36,478 nucleotides of DNA, taken from positions 1-36,478 of the forward strand of contig CALVVX010000002.1 of NCBI GenBank assembly GCA_944364015.1, given 5' to 3'. A program made the translations under genes and the position numbers. The DNA comes from an uncultured Bacilli bacterium (GTDB lineage: Bacteria > Bacillota_I > Bacilli_A > RF39 > UBA660). Every line of letters begins with the position of its first letter. The stretch's first letter is position 1. The notes beneath the pieces are model-generated. The model did not search any database and was not told the origin of the DNA. It worked only from the letters and a program-made list of their open reading frames with translations. Positions 28,308 to 36,478 of the stretch are shown one piece after another.

Positions 28308-29288
28308 ATGTTTTTTAAAAAAACAGCCCTATTACTTCTTCTAATAACGTTATTTATTCCAATAAAAATATTTGCATATTCAAACTACATAATCGCAGGA
28401 GGAGAAAATATTGGTATTGAACTTAATTCTAAAGGCATAATTATAGTAGGAACATATAAAATAGGAAATAAAGAACCCGCTAAAGAGGCTAATTTATATG
28501 TTGGTGATAAAATAATAAAAATAAATGATCAAAAAGTAGATAATATAAATCAAATGCTAGATATTATTAATAATAGCAATTTAGAACAAATAAAAATAAC
28601 TTATACAAGAGAAAATAAAGAATATGATACCAAATTAAATCTAATAAAAGATAGTAATAATATATATAAAACTGGATTATATGTAAAAGATGCAATAACA
28701 GGAGTAGGAACCCTTACATTTATTGATCCAAATACTAAATTATATGGAGCATTAGGACACGAAATAATAGAGAAAAATAGTGGTCAAAAACTAGAAATAA
28801 AAGACGGTAAAATATATAACTCTACAGTAGTAGGAATAACTAAAAGTAATCGTGGAGACCCAGGAGAGAAAAATGCTAAATATAATAATAATCAAATATA
28901 TGGAAATGTATTAGAAAATACAAAATCAGGTATTTTTGGTAATTATACATCGACACTTCCTAATAAAAAATTGTATAAAGTAGCCAAAAGTGATGAAATA
29001 AAACTAGGTTCTGCTCAAATACTAACTGTATTAGATAACAACGAAGTAAAAGCTTATGATATAAATATAATAAAAAATAATGAAAATGTAGATATTAAAA
29101 ATATATTATTTGAAATTACTGATACTAACCTACTAAATAAAGCTGGAGGGATTGTTCAAGGAATGAGTGGTAGTCCAATAATACAAGATAATAACATAAT
29201 TGGAGCAGTAACACATGTAGTAGTAGATGATTGTACAAAAGGATATGGAATATATATAACAAAAATGTTAGAAGAAGCAGAAAACTAG
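28308..29288 (+). CDS. spoIVB: SpoIVB peptidase (S55 family) with PDZ domain
   Basis: Signal-anchor N-terminus, PDZ (GDKIIKINDQKV), GVGTLTFIDPNTKLYGALGHEI and the catalytic IVQGMSGSPII. The start is set at the second ATG, 10 nt after GGAG; the track starts at 28299. Confidence 0.88.
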   Translation: MFFKKTALLLLLITLFIPIKIFAYSNYIIAGGENIGIELNSKGIIIVGTYKIGNKEPAKEANLYVGDKIIKINDQKVDNINQMLDIINNSNLEQIKITYTRENKEYDTKLNLIKDSNNIYKTGLYVKDAITGVGTLTFIDPNTKLYGALGHEIIEKNSGQKLEIKDGKIYNSTVVGITKSNRGDPGEKNAKYNNNQIYGNVLENTKSGIFGNYTSTLPNKKLYKVAKSDEIKLGSAQILTVLDNNEVKAYDINIIKNNENVDIKNILFEITDTNLLNKAGGIVQGMSGSPIIQDNNIIGAVTHVVVDDCTKGYGIYITKMLEEAEN

Positions 29289-29304
29289 AAGAAATTCTAG
29301 TTTT
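29281..29304. terminator. Bidirectional hairpin between convergent spoIVB and xseB
   Basis: AAAACTAGAA-GAAA-TTCTAGTTTT: a 10-bp stem with a GNRA-like loop. It contains the spoIVB TAG stop and has a T-run on the + side. Confidence 0.65.
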
Positions 29305-29326
29305 TATACATAAAAAAAGTAAAAAA

Positions 29327-29545
29327 TTACTCTTCTACTTCAAAATCTTCTAATGAACCATTATCTAACATAATTTTATTAACTTTTAAAGTTACATCAT
29401 TTAACTTATCAGAACACTCTTTAGCTAAAGCCATAGCTTCACTATATTTTTCTATTGCTTTATCTAAACCAACTTCTCCATTTTCTAATTCTGATACTAT
29501 TTTTTCTAATTTTTTAATTTTATCTTCAAAACTTAATTCTTCCAT
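29327..29545 (-). CDS. xseB: Exodeoxyribonuclease VII small subunit
   Basis: 72 aa. FEDKIKKLEKIVSELENGEVGLDKAIEKYSEAMALAKEC is the XseB helical hairpin signature. It lies 2 nt after xseA. Confidence 0.92.
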   Translation of the reverse strand: MEELSFEDKIKKLEKIVSELENGEVGLDKAIEKYSEAMALAKECSDKLNDVTLKVNKIMLDNGSLEDFEVEE

Positions 29546-29547
29546 AA

Positions 29548-30810
29548 TTACCTCTTTTCTATAATTTTAGCATCAACTAAACCATTTTTAATCTCAATAT
29601 TAATTATATCATCTTTATTAACTAAATTAATATCGGATAATACTTTATCATTAAACTTTACTATAGCATATCCTCTTTTAATAGTATTAAGAGGATTTAA
29701 CATTTCTAATTTATTAATTAAATTATCTAAATTTTGTACTTTATATTTATATAAAATATCACTATTAGTAAATAAATAACTATTTTTAATATTATCTAAT
29801 TTAGTATAATAAAAGTTTAATTTATTCTTAATTGCATTATTAATTTTATCAATTAAAGTATCTAGTTTTTGTTCTTTAATCTCATAAATAGCAGTAGGTT
29901 TTTTTAATACATAACTATTAATAATTTTATTCAAATTTAATTTATTATTATCAATTAAATTTATAATAGCATTATAACTTCTACTTTTAGCAGTATCTAA
30001 ATAAGAAATAACTGTATCCATATCAACTACTGCAAGTTCTGCTGCTGCAGTTGGAGTGGGTGCTCGTAAATCTGCAACAAAATCTGCTATTGTAAAATCA
30101 ACTTCATGTCCTACAGCACTAATTACAGGAACTTTAGAATTATAAATAGCTCTAGCTACTACTTCTTCATTAAAAGGCCATAAATCTTCTAAAGAACCAC
30201 CACCACGTCCAACAATTAAAGTATCTATATCATAAGTATTTGCAATCTCTATTTTTTTAGCAATATCATAACATGCTTCATTTCCTTGAACTAAAGCAGG
30301 AAATAAAATAGTTCTACATATTGGAAATCTTCTTCTAATAGTAGTTAATATATCCCTAATAGCAGCTCCAGTCGGAGCCGTAACTATTCCAATAGTCTTT
30401 GGCATTCTAACTATTTTTTTTTTTTGTGTTTTATCAAATAAAGCCTCTTTAGATAATTTTTCTTTTAACTGTTCAAAAGCAACATATAAATTACCTACTC
30501 CATCTTCTAACATATCATCAACATAAATCTGATAAGCTCCAGTAGCCTCATAAACACTAACTCTGCCACTTACTAAAACTTTCATTCCATCATTTGGAGT
30601 AAATTTTAACCCTTTAGTACTAGTAGCAAACATAATTGCACTAATTCTAGAATTTTCATCTTTTAAAGTAAAATAATAATGTCCCCTACTATGAGCTTTA
30701 AAATTAGAAATTTCTCCCTTTAAATAAACATTACGAAGTAATAAATCCTCATCAAATTTACTTTTTAAATATTTAGATAATTCACTAATAGTAATATAAT
30801 TATTTTCCAT
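29548..30810 (-). CDS. xseA: Exodeoxyribonuclease VII large subunit
   Basis: 420 aa. OB-fold N-terminus (VYLKGEISNFKAHSRGHYYFTLKD), catalytic core (IGIVTAPTGAAIRDI, GRGGGSLEDLWPFN, GHEVDFTIADFVADLRAPTPTAAAE), and a coiled-coil tail. Confidence 0.93.
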   Translation of the reverse strand: MENNYITISELSKYLKSKFDEDLLLRNVYLKGEISNFKAHSRGHYYFTLKDENSRISAIMFATSTKGLKFTPNDGMKVLVSGRVSVYEATGAYQIYVDDMLEDGVGNLYVAFEQLKEKLSKEALFDKTQKKKIVRMPKTIGIVTAPTGAAIRDILTTIRRRFPICRTILFPALVQGNEACYDIAKKIEIANTYDIDTLIVGRGGGSLEDLWPFNEEVVARAIYNSKVPVISAVGHEVDFTIADFVADLRAPTPTAAAELAVVDMDTVISYLDTAKSRSYNAIINLIDNNKLNLNKIINSYVLKKPTAIYEIKEQKLDTLIDKINNAIKNKLNFYYTKLDNIKNSYLFTNSDILYKYKVQNLDNLINKLEMLNPLNTIKRGYAIVKFNDKVLSDINLVNKDDIINIEIKNGLVDAKIIEKR

Positions 30811-31219
30811 CTTTATCCTCTATTTCATTATGATAAAATCTATCTAACATAGCATTTATCATTTTAGTAACTTTAATATCAGAATATTGTTTAGATAAAA
30901 CAATAGCCTCATTAATAACAATCTTATTAGAAGTATTAGTATAAAGAAGTTCATATAAAGCAATTAAAATAATAGCCTGATCAGCAAAACCTAATCTATC
31001 TAAAGTCCAATTATTCAAATACTTATTAGCATAATTAACTAATAAACTATAATTATTTAGCACCCCTTTTATAATATCTTCAATAAACTCATCAGTCATA
31101 TCTTTATTATTATTAATAATCTCATCTATATTAGTTTCAATATTATTTTTCTTACATAATAAATCTTGATACAAAATAATCATTGCAAGTTTTCTAGCTT
31201 TAGTTCTAGATATATCCAA
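30800..31219 (-). CDS. nusB: Transcription antitermination factor NusB
   Basis: SRTKARKLAMIILYQ at the N-terminus and INEAIVLSKQYS near the C-terminus. The probable start is TTG at 31217-31219, 5 nt after GGAGGTGG. The track's ATG at 31234 lies within that RBS. Confidence 0.88.
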   Translation of the reverse strand: MDISRTKARKLAMIILYQDLLCKKNNIETNIDEIINNNKDMTDEFIEDIIKGVLNNYSLLVNYANKYLNNWTLDRLGFADQAIILIALYELLYTNTSNKIVINEAIVLSKQYSDIKVTKMINAMLDRFYHNEIEDKDGK

Positions 31220-31272
31220 AATAACCACCTCCATTTAATAATAGCACATTTTTTTTAAGAAAAAAAGTTTTT

Positions 31273-33027
31273 TTAAACATACCATGCCTTATTTATATCA
31301 CAACTACTACTAGAAGGAGCAGGATCAGGTGGATTAATTGATGCAATTGTTGGAAACTTAAAAGCAGTACCAAACATAACACAAGTACCAGGATGTAATA
31401 CTTTAACCTTATTCATAACTATCTCATCAGCACTAGATATAATATATCTAACAAATTCTAAATCAGCAGGATGAAACATCTTAAAAACTAAAAAATTACT
31501 ACACTGCGAAATAGCAGTCTGACTCATCTCTGATGGTCTTTGTGAAATTAAACCAAGTAAAATACCATATTTTCTTCCCTCTTTAGTAATACGTTCAAAT
31601 ATATTATAACCAATTAACTCTACATCAGTATCATTTTGAACATATCTGTGAGCTTCTTCTAAAATAATATGAAAAGGCATTGCATTTGCTCTATCAATAT
31701 GAGTAATATAATCAAATAATAATTTAGAATAAATCTTAACTAAAGTTTTAGCAAATCTATCATCTACATAATTAATATTAAAATTAATTATTTGAGCCTT
31801 ATTTCCATTACTAGAAGTAAGTAACCATCTAATATATTCTTCATATGTAATATACTCATCAAAATCAAAATAACGAGCATAATCACTAGTAATTAATGCA
31901 TTCAATCTAACTTTTAAGACATTATAATAACTATATGCATTATCATCACTCATAGTATTTTCTGAAATCAAAGCAAAATCTAGAGCCATAGCAAAATCTT
32001 GCATAGTATATCTACAACTTCCATTTGGAAGAGATAATTCTAAATCATTTGTAGTTAAAGTCTCCAAATAACTAATAACTAACTCAATATCTGCAAATTT
32101 AGATTCACTATCTACATAAACACATTGTCTAATAGTTCTATTCCAACCACCTTTAGCAAGAACAATATCTAAATTCAAATTAGAAGTATAATATTTAGTT
32201 AAAATAGAAATAATCTTATTTCTAACCTCACTAGGAGACTTACCACTAAAGATTACTTCAAGTAATGCTCTAGCAATAATATCATTTTTACCCTTTAAAA
32301 CCTCTTTTTCATCATTTGCAAAAAAGCTAACTAATTTCAATGCTTTTTCAATAATAGGAATTTGTATTTGACTAGTAATATTTAAAAGAAGACAAATATC
32401 ATCTACTCCAAGTAACCAAAAAGGAATTTTAATAACTTCAAATTCATTACTCTTTAAATCAGTAGTTAAAACTTTATAATTAATATTCTCATTATTAGAA
32501 CCTATATTATTAAAAGCTCTTTGATATTCTCCATAAGCATCAAATAAGAAAATATTAGTCTTAAAAGGAAGAGATTTACTATCATAAAAAATAGATTGCA
32601 ATATTTTAGCAACAGCATAACTCTTACCAGAACCACTGTTACCTAAAATAGCAAAATGACTAGAAAAAAACTTATTAACATCAATCTTAATAGGATAATT
32701 AGTATAAATATGAGAATGACCTACTTCTAAATTATTCTCATTATTATAATTAAACATAACTTTTAACTCATCATTAGTAATAAAACAACATTTAGCACTA
32801 AAACTAGGTTTCCCAATATCTCCATAAATAAAATCATTATCTCTTATTTCTCCAACTAAACTAATAGTACAAATATTCTTATCAATAGATAAAACTTCTC
32901 CTACCATTTTAGTATTTTGATCATAAAAAACAACATTTTTACCAATAATATTAGTATATTCATAAATATTAATATCTAACTCTACCATTACCTTATCAGA
33001 AGTAATAGCAACAATTTTTCCAATCAC
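31273..33027 (-). CDS. HerA/DUF87-type (FtsK-HerA superfamily, COG0433) P-loop ATPase
   Basis: 584 aa. N-terminal barrel-like segment (IGKIVAITSDKVMVEL..VGEVLSI), Walker A AILGNSGSGKSY, Walker B FHIILEEAHRYV, then ITKEGRKYGILLGLISQRPSEM and FLVFKMFHPADLEFV. This is the canonical motif order of HerA-like ATPases. GTG start behind GGTGGTGG. Confidence 0.8.
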   Translation of the reverse strand: MIGKIVAITSDKVMVELDINIYEYTNIIGKNVVFYDQNTKMVGEVLSIDKNICTISLVGEIRDNDFIYGDIGKPSFSAKCCFITNDELKVMFNYNNENNLEVGHSHIYTNYPIKIDVNKFFSSHFAILGNSGSGKSYAVAKILQSIFYDSKSLPFKTNIFLFDAYGEYQRAFNNIGSNNENINYKVLTTDLKSNEFEVIKIPFWLLGVDDICLLLNITSQIQIPIIEKALKLVSFFANDEKEVLKGKNDIIARALLEVIFSGKSPSEVRNKIISILTKYYTSNLNLDIVLAKGGWNRTIRQCVYVDSESKFADIELVISYLETLTTNDLELSLPNGSCRYTMQDFAMALDFALISENTMSDDNAYSYYNVLKVRLNALITSDYARYFDFDEYITYEEYIRWLLTSSNGNKAQIINFNINYVDDRFAKTLVKIYSKLLFDYITHIDRANAMPFHIILEEAHRYVQNDTDVELIGYNIFERITKEGRKYGILLGLISQRPSEMSQTAISQCSNFLVFKMFHPADLEFVRYIISSADEIVMNKVKVLHPGTCVMFGTAFKFPTIASINPPDPAPSSSSCDINKAWYV

Positions 33028-33072
33028 TAGACCACCACCTATATTAATTATACAATAAAAAAAATAAAATTA

Positions 33073-33504
33073 CTATACAATAATACTATTTAAAATCAAA
33101 GCCAAAACAATACCCGTAATAATACCTCCTAAAACTTCTATTGGTTTATGACCAATTTTCTCTTTTAAAAACTTAATACTACCTAAATTAATCTTTTTAG
33201 TAATTTCATTTAATACTTCTGCTTGCTTTCCTGTCTCATATCGAATACCCATTGCATCATATAATACAATTAAACCAAAAATAAGACAAATAGCAAAATA
33301 AATACTATCAATACCAAAATCAATAAAAATTAAAGTAAGTAAACTAATAACTAAAGAACTATGAGAAGAAGGCATACCACCACTTCCATTAAATAAACGT
33401 TCTAAACTAAATTTACCACTACGAATAGTCTCAATAATAGCTTTAATAACCTGTGAAATAATAACTGTTAAAATTGGTATAATAATATACTTATAATCAC
33501 TCAT
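33073..33504 (-). CDS. yuiD: Divergent PAP2 / DUF212 (YuiD-like) membrane protein
   Basis: 143 aa, 3-4 TM. GGMPSSHSSLV and YDAMGIRYETGKQAEVLN motifs are characteristic of the acid phosphatase/vanadium-haloperoxidase-related DUF212 family. Confidence 0.8.
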   Translation of the reverse strand: MSDYKYIIIPILTVIISQVIKAIIETIRSGKFSLERLFNGSGGMPSSHSSLVISLLTLIFIDFGIDSIYFAICLIFGLIVLYDAMGIRYETGKQAEVLNEITKKINLGSIKFLKEKIGHKPIEVLGGIITGIVLALILNSIIV

Positions 33505-33515
33505 AACATCACTTC

Positions 33516-34235
33516 CTATAATAATTTTTTTAAAAAATCTTTTGATTTCAAATATAAACCAGAATATCTATCATAATATAAATCTAAAAATCTATTAATT
33601 TCTAATTTTATATTATTACTAATATCTAATTTAGATATTTTAGCAATATCTAAATAATAAAACATCCTAATTAACTTAATAGTCTTAATATTAACAATAA
33701 CATCATTATCTAGACAATTTTTACATAAATAACCACCTTTATAACTAGAAATAGTAACAATATCATTAATATTACCACATATACAACATCTATCAATAAT
33801 AGGTTTAATACCTAAATAATCAAGTAATTTAAGCTCTAAAATATTACTAATAACCATTGGATCAAAACCCTCATTAATCTTAAGTAAACTAGCAATATAT
33901 AAATCATAAATATTACTATCATTATCATGATTATAAACTTGAACAGATAAATCAGTAATAAAATAAGCATAACTAGTCTTATATAAATCTTTCTTTAAAC
34001 ACTTCAAACTATCTACTACATCAACCTCAATTAAACTAGATAAACCAACTCTTTTATTAATATGAAAAATACCATAAGTAAGTTTCGTAGTCAAATTAAC
34101 ATATCCACTTTTAGGACGATAAGCTCCTTTTGCAACAATTCCTAAAATTCCATCTTTAGTAAATACATTAATTATCTTACTACTTTCTTTATATGGTATC
34201 TCACTAACAACAACTCCTTTAACTTTGGCTAACAT
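33516..34235 (-). CDS. recO: DNA repair protein RecO
   Basis: 239 aa. OB-fold N-terminus (KGVVVSEIPYKESSKIINVFTKDGILGIVAKGA) and a Cys4 zinc motif (CCICG...CKNC). Its position after era-yqzL is the conserved Firmicutes synteny. Confidence 0.9.
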   Translation of the reverse strand: MLAKVKGVVVSEIPYKESSKIINVFTKDGILGIVAKGAYRPKSGYVNLTTKLTYGIFHINKRVGLSSLIEVDVVDSLKCLKKDLYKTSYAYFITDLSVQVYNHDNDSNIYDLYIASLLKINEGFDPMVISNILELKLLDYLGIKPIIDRCCICGNINDIVTISSYKGGYLCKNCLDNDVIVNIKTIKLIRMFYYLDIAKISKLDISNNIKLEINRFLDLYYDRYSGLYLKSKDFLKKLL

Positions 34236-34243
34236 AATATCAC

Positions 34244-34321
34244 TTACTTTCTTTTATATTCTAAGTAATATTCTATTTTACCTGTTTTTTTAAATAGTTC
34301 CCATAATTTATCCTTATTCAT
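34244..34321 (-). CDS. yqzL: YqzL-like mini-protein (25 aa), below the ORF-track threshold
   Basis: GAGAGGTGA RBS, 4 nt, then ATG. Translation is MNKDKLWELFKKTGKIEYYLEYKRK. The W..F..TG.I..Y pattern and its position exactly between era and recO match the YqzL family. Confidence 0.7.
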   Translation of the reverse strand: MNKDKLWELFKKTGKIEYYLEYKRK

Positions 34322-34362
34322 ATTTCACCTCTCATTATAATAATGAGTAAAATAATAAAATT

Positions 34363-35241
34363 TTATTCATAAAAACCATTTTCTTTTAAAAAACTACTCT
34401 TATCTTTCCATTTGGAAACTACTTTAACAAATAAATCTAAATATACTTTCTTACCTAATAAAGCCTCAATATCACGCCTTGCCATAATCCCTATTTTCTT
34501 TATCATTTCTCCATTTTTACCAATAATAATTTTCTTTAAATTATCTCTATCTACAACAATAGTAGCACTAATACTAATATTATTATTATTAGACTCAATA
34601 CTATCAGTAATACAAGTTACAGAATGTGGAACTTCTTCATAAGTTAACATTAAAACTTTTTCTCTAATATATTCACTAATTAAAAACTTTAAACTAACAT
34701 TAGTATAAGTATCATCTTCAAAAAGTTTAAAATCTGAAGTTAAATACTTTTTAATAACATTAAGTAAATAATTAACAGATTTATCCTTTAAAGCACAAAC
34801 AGGAACAATTTCACTAAAATTATATAATTTACTATAAATAGAAATTTTATCTAAAATAACTTTATTATCTAATTTATCAATCTTATTCAAAACCAAAATA
34901 ACAGGTTTTTTTATATCTTTTAAATAATCAATAATAAATTTATCTCCACCACCTATTTCACTACTAGCATCAACAATATATAAAATAACATCAACTTCAT
35001 TAGTAGTATTATAAGCCTCTTTATTTAAAATCTTACCAAGCTTATGTTTAGGCTTATGAATACCAGGAGTATCCATAAAAACAATTTGACAATCTTCATC
35101 AGTATAAAAACCCATAATTATATTGCGAGTAGTTTGTGCCTTATTAGATACAATAGCTATCTTTCTTTGCATAATAGTATTAAGTAAAGTACTCTTACCA
35201 GCATTTGGTCTTCCTATTAAACCAATAACACCACTTCTCAT
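34363..35241 (-). CDS. era: GTPase Era
   Basis: 292 aa. G1 GRPNAGKST, G3 DTPG, G4 NKID, and a C-terminal KH domain (IIGKNGEMIKKIG). ATGA overlap with cdd. Confidence 0.94.
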   Translation of the reverse strand: MRSGVIGLIGRPNAGKSTLLNTIMQRKIAIVSNKAQTTRNIIMGFYTDEDCQIVFMDTPGIHKPKHKLGKILNKEAYNTTNEVDVILYIVDASSEIGGGDKFIIDYLKDIKKPVILVLNKIDKLDNKVILDKISIYSKLYNFSEIVPVCALKDKSVNYLLNVIKKYLTSDFKLFEDDTYTNVSLKFLISEYIREKVLMLTYEEVPHSVTCITDSIESNNNNISISATIVVDRDNLKKIIIGKNGEMIKKIGIMARRDIEALLGKKVYLDLFVKVVSKWKDKSSFLKENGFYE

Positions 35242-35624
35242 TTTAAATCACCACTAGAAAAAGGATAAGGACAAAGATCACTAACTTTTAATACTTTTTC
35301 TTCCCCAAACTTATTATATAAAGTAACACTACAATCTAAACCAAAAAACTCAACAATAACTTGACGACATAAAAAACAACAACTACTAATCTTATCACTA
35401 TCTACCATAACATATAAAGCCTTAAAATCTCCTTTACGATAACCATTACTAACAGCCTTAAAAATAGCAACCCGCTCAGCACACACAGTAGCGCCATAAG
35501 AAGCATTTTCAATATTAACACCACTATAACACTTATCATCACGAGTAACAACCACACAACTTACTCTAAATTTAGAATAAGGAGCATAAGCATTATTTAA
35601 AAGTTCTAACAATTTTGATTTCAT
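35238..35624 (-). CDS. cdd: Cytidine deaminase
   Basis: 128 aa. The CAERVAIFKAV and SCCFLCRQVI zinc-binding motifs indicate a homotetrameric-type CDA. Confidence 0.92.
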   Translation of the reverse strand: MKSKLLELLNNAYAPYSKFRVSCVVVTRDDKCYSGVNIENASYGATVCAERVAIFKAVSNGYRKGDFKALYVMVDSDKISSCCFLCRQVIVEFFGLDCSVTLYNKFGEEKVLKVSDLCPYPFSSGDLK

Positions 35625-36002
35625 CTAACCCATCCTCTCCATAATCTTTGGAACAAATATCAAAAAAGCAATAACCAAAGAAAATAAACAAGTAACTAAA
35701 ACAGCTCCTGCTATTACATCTTTAGTAGCTTTAGCAATCTTATTATATTCTTGAGTATATAAATCAACCATACTCTCAAAAGCAGTATTAACAAGCTCTA
35801 ATACCAAAACCAAAGTAATCATAAAAACAATAATTACCCACTCTAAAATAGAAATCTTTAACAAAAAAGACAAAATAACAGCCAAAATACCTAAAAGAAT
35901 CTCAATTCTAAAATTTCTCTCATTCTTAAAAGTATGACTAATACCCTCTAAACAATAACCAACACCTTGTAAAAAAGTCTTATCTTTGTATTTTGTACGC
36001 AT
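35625..36002 (-). CDS. dgkA: Diacylglycerol/undecaprenol kinase DgkA
   Basis: 125 aa, 3 TM. ERNFRIE and ELVNTAFESMVDL motifs. Conserved ybeY-dgkA-cdd order. Confidence 0.9.
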   Translation of the reverse strand: MRTKYKDKTFLQGVGYCLEGISHTFKNERNFRIEILLGILAVILSFLLKISILEWVIIVFMITLVLVLELVNTAFESMVDLYTQEYNKIAKATKDVIAGAVLVTCLFSLVIAFLIFVPKIMERMG

Positions 36003-36420
36003 CTAACAATTCCTCCTGCTTCTTAAACATAACAATCTCATCAGCCTCATCAATATGATCATAACCTAATAAATGTAAAATACCATGAGTAGCCAAAAAA
36101 CATAACTCGCGAATATTAGAATGATTATATAAATTAGCCTGATAATAAGCCATATCTACTGAAATATAAATATCTCCCAAAACCCTAATAACACTATCAT
36201 AATCATTATCACTATCCTCTAAAGCAAAACTAATAACATCAGTAACCTTATCAATATTACGATAATCCCTATTAAGCCTCTTAATATAATCATTATCCAC
36301 TAAAACAATATTAAAAATACAATCATTTAACCCTTCTTTATCACAAACAAATTTAACATAATTATATAAAATATCATACTCCAAAATATCTTTATTATAA
36401 TTATTAATTATCTCAAACAT
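35980..36420 (-). CDS. ybeY: rRNA maturation endoribonuclease YbeY
   Basis: 146 aa. HGILHLLGYDH metal-binding motif and TDVISFAL. RBS GGAGG 5 nt upstream of the ATG. Confidence 0.93.
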   Translation of the reverse strand: MFEIINNYNKDILEYDILYNYVKFVCDKEGLNDCIFNIVLVDNDYIKRLNRDYRNIDKVTDVISFALEDSDNDYDSVIRVLGDIYISVDMAYYQANLYNHSNIRELCFLATHGILHLLGYDHIDEADEIVMFKKQEELLDAYKIQR

Positions 36421-36432
36421 AAAACCTCCAAT

Positions 36433-36478
36433 TTACTGCGACATTACTGCGACATTACTGCGACATTACTGCGACATT
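36433..36478. repeat. Perfect 11-bp tandem repeat, at least 4 copies, truncated by the window end
   Basis: TTACTGCGACA x4 (36433-36476) plus a partial fifth unit. On the minus strand it reads (AATGTCGCAGT)n and ends 17 nt before the ybeY ATG. All three minus-strand frames hit TAA within 33 nt, so it is non-coding. Confidence 0.9.

Noticed and set aside
34412-34642. 76-aa + strand ORF inside era
   Set aside because: Antisense to the KH-domain region of an intact era. Low-complexity translation and no RBS.
36433-36478. Possibility that the terminal repeat is a CRISPR array or part of a coding repeat
   Set aside because: The units are contiguous 11-mers with no spacers, so this is not a CRISPR array. 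A period of 11 is not a multiple of 3, and every frame meets TAA, so it is not coding.
1-36478. Mollicute genetic code (TGA = Trp), given the extreme A+T content and the short ClpB
   Set aside because: TGA terminates well-conserved proteins at their expected C-termini (fmt at 9618-9620, cdd at 35238-35240) in ATGA/TGATG coupling overlaps. Trp positions use TGG. The window is therefore translated with code 11.

Overview
This 36.5-kb window comes from a very A+T-rich Bacillota-type genome. It uses the standard code: TGA acts as a stop in ATGA and TGATG gene overlaps, and Trp is TGG. The window is densely packed, and about 85% of genes are on the minus strand.

Almost all of it is conserved housekeeping synteny known from Bacillus and Clostridia:
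- ybeY-dgkA-cdd-era-yqzL-recO
- nusB-xseA-xseB
- comN-secDF next to a divergent spoVB
- a pilin-like gene followed by lspA-rluD-rhomboid
- rnj-fmt
- uvrC, mnmA, clpB, tagO, zupT and a heterodimeric ABC exporter

Three sporulation-type genes (spoIIM, spoVB, spoIVB) are scattered through the window. I found no rRNA, tRNA, CRISPR array, transposase, integrase or obvious prophage or defence island. I also cannot point to a complete multi-gene novel system.

The parts that housekeeping does not explain:
1. A two-gene prepilin-like module (18998-21239). Its 574-aa product fuses a class-III signal/pilin N-terminus to seven Cys-stapled, propeller-like repeats.
2. An orphan HerA/DUF87-type ATPase wedged between yuiD and nusB-xseAB.
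3. A non-coding 11-bp tandem array abutting the ybeY ribosome-binding site and cut by the window end.
4. An RNase J copy with two Zn-ligand substitutions, sitting behind a strong terminator.
5. A CIRCE-like operator over the promoter of an N-domain-less clpB.
6. A stretch of at least 227 bp with about 96% A+T at the left edge.

Several ORF-track starts look over-extended and are corrected below. Three short genes under the track threshold are added.
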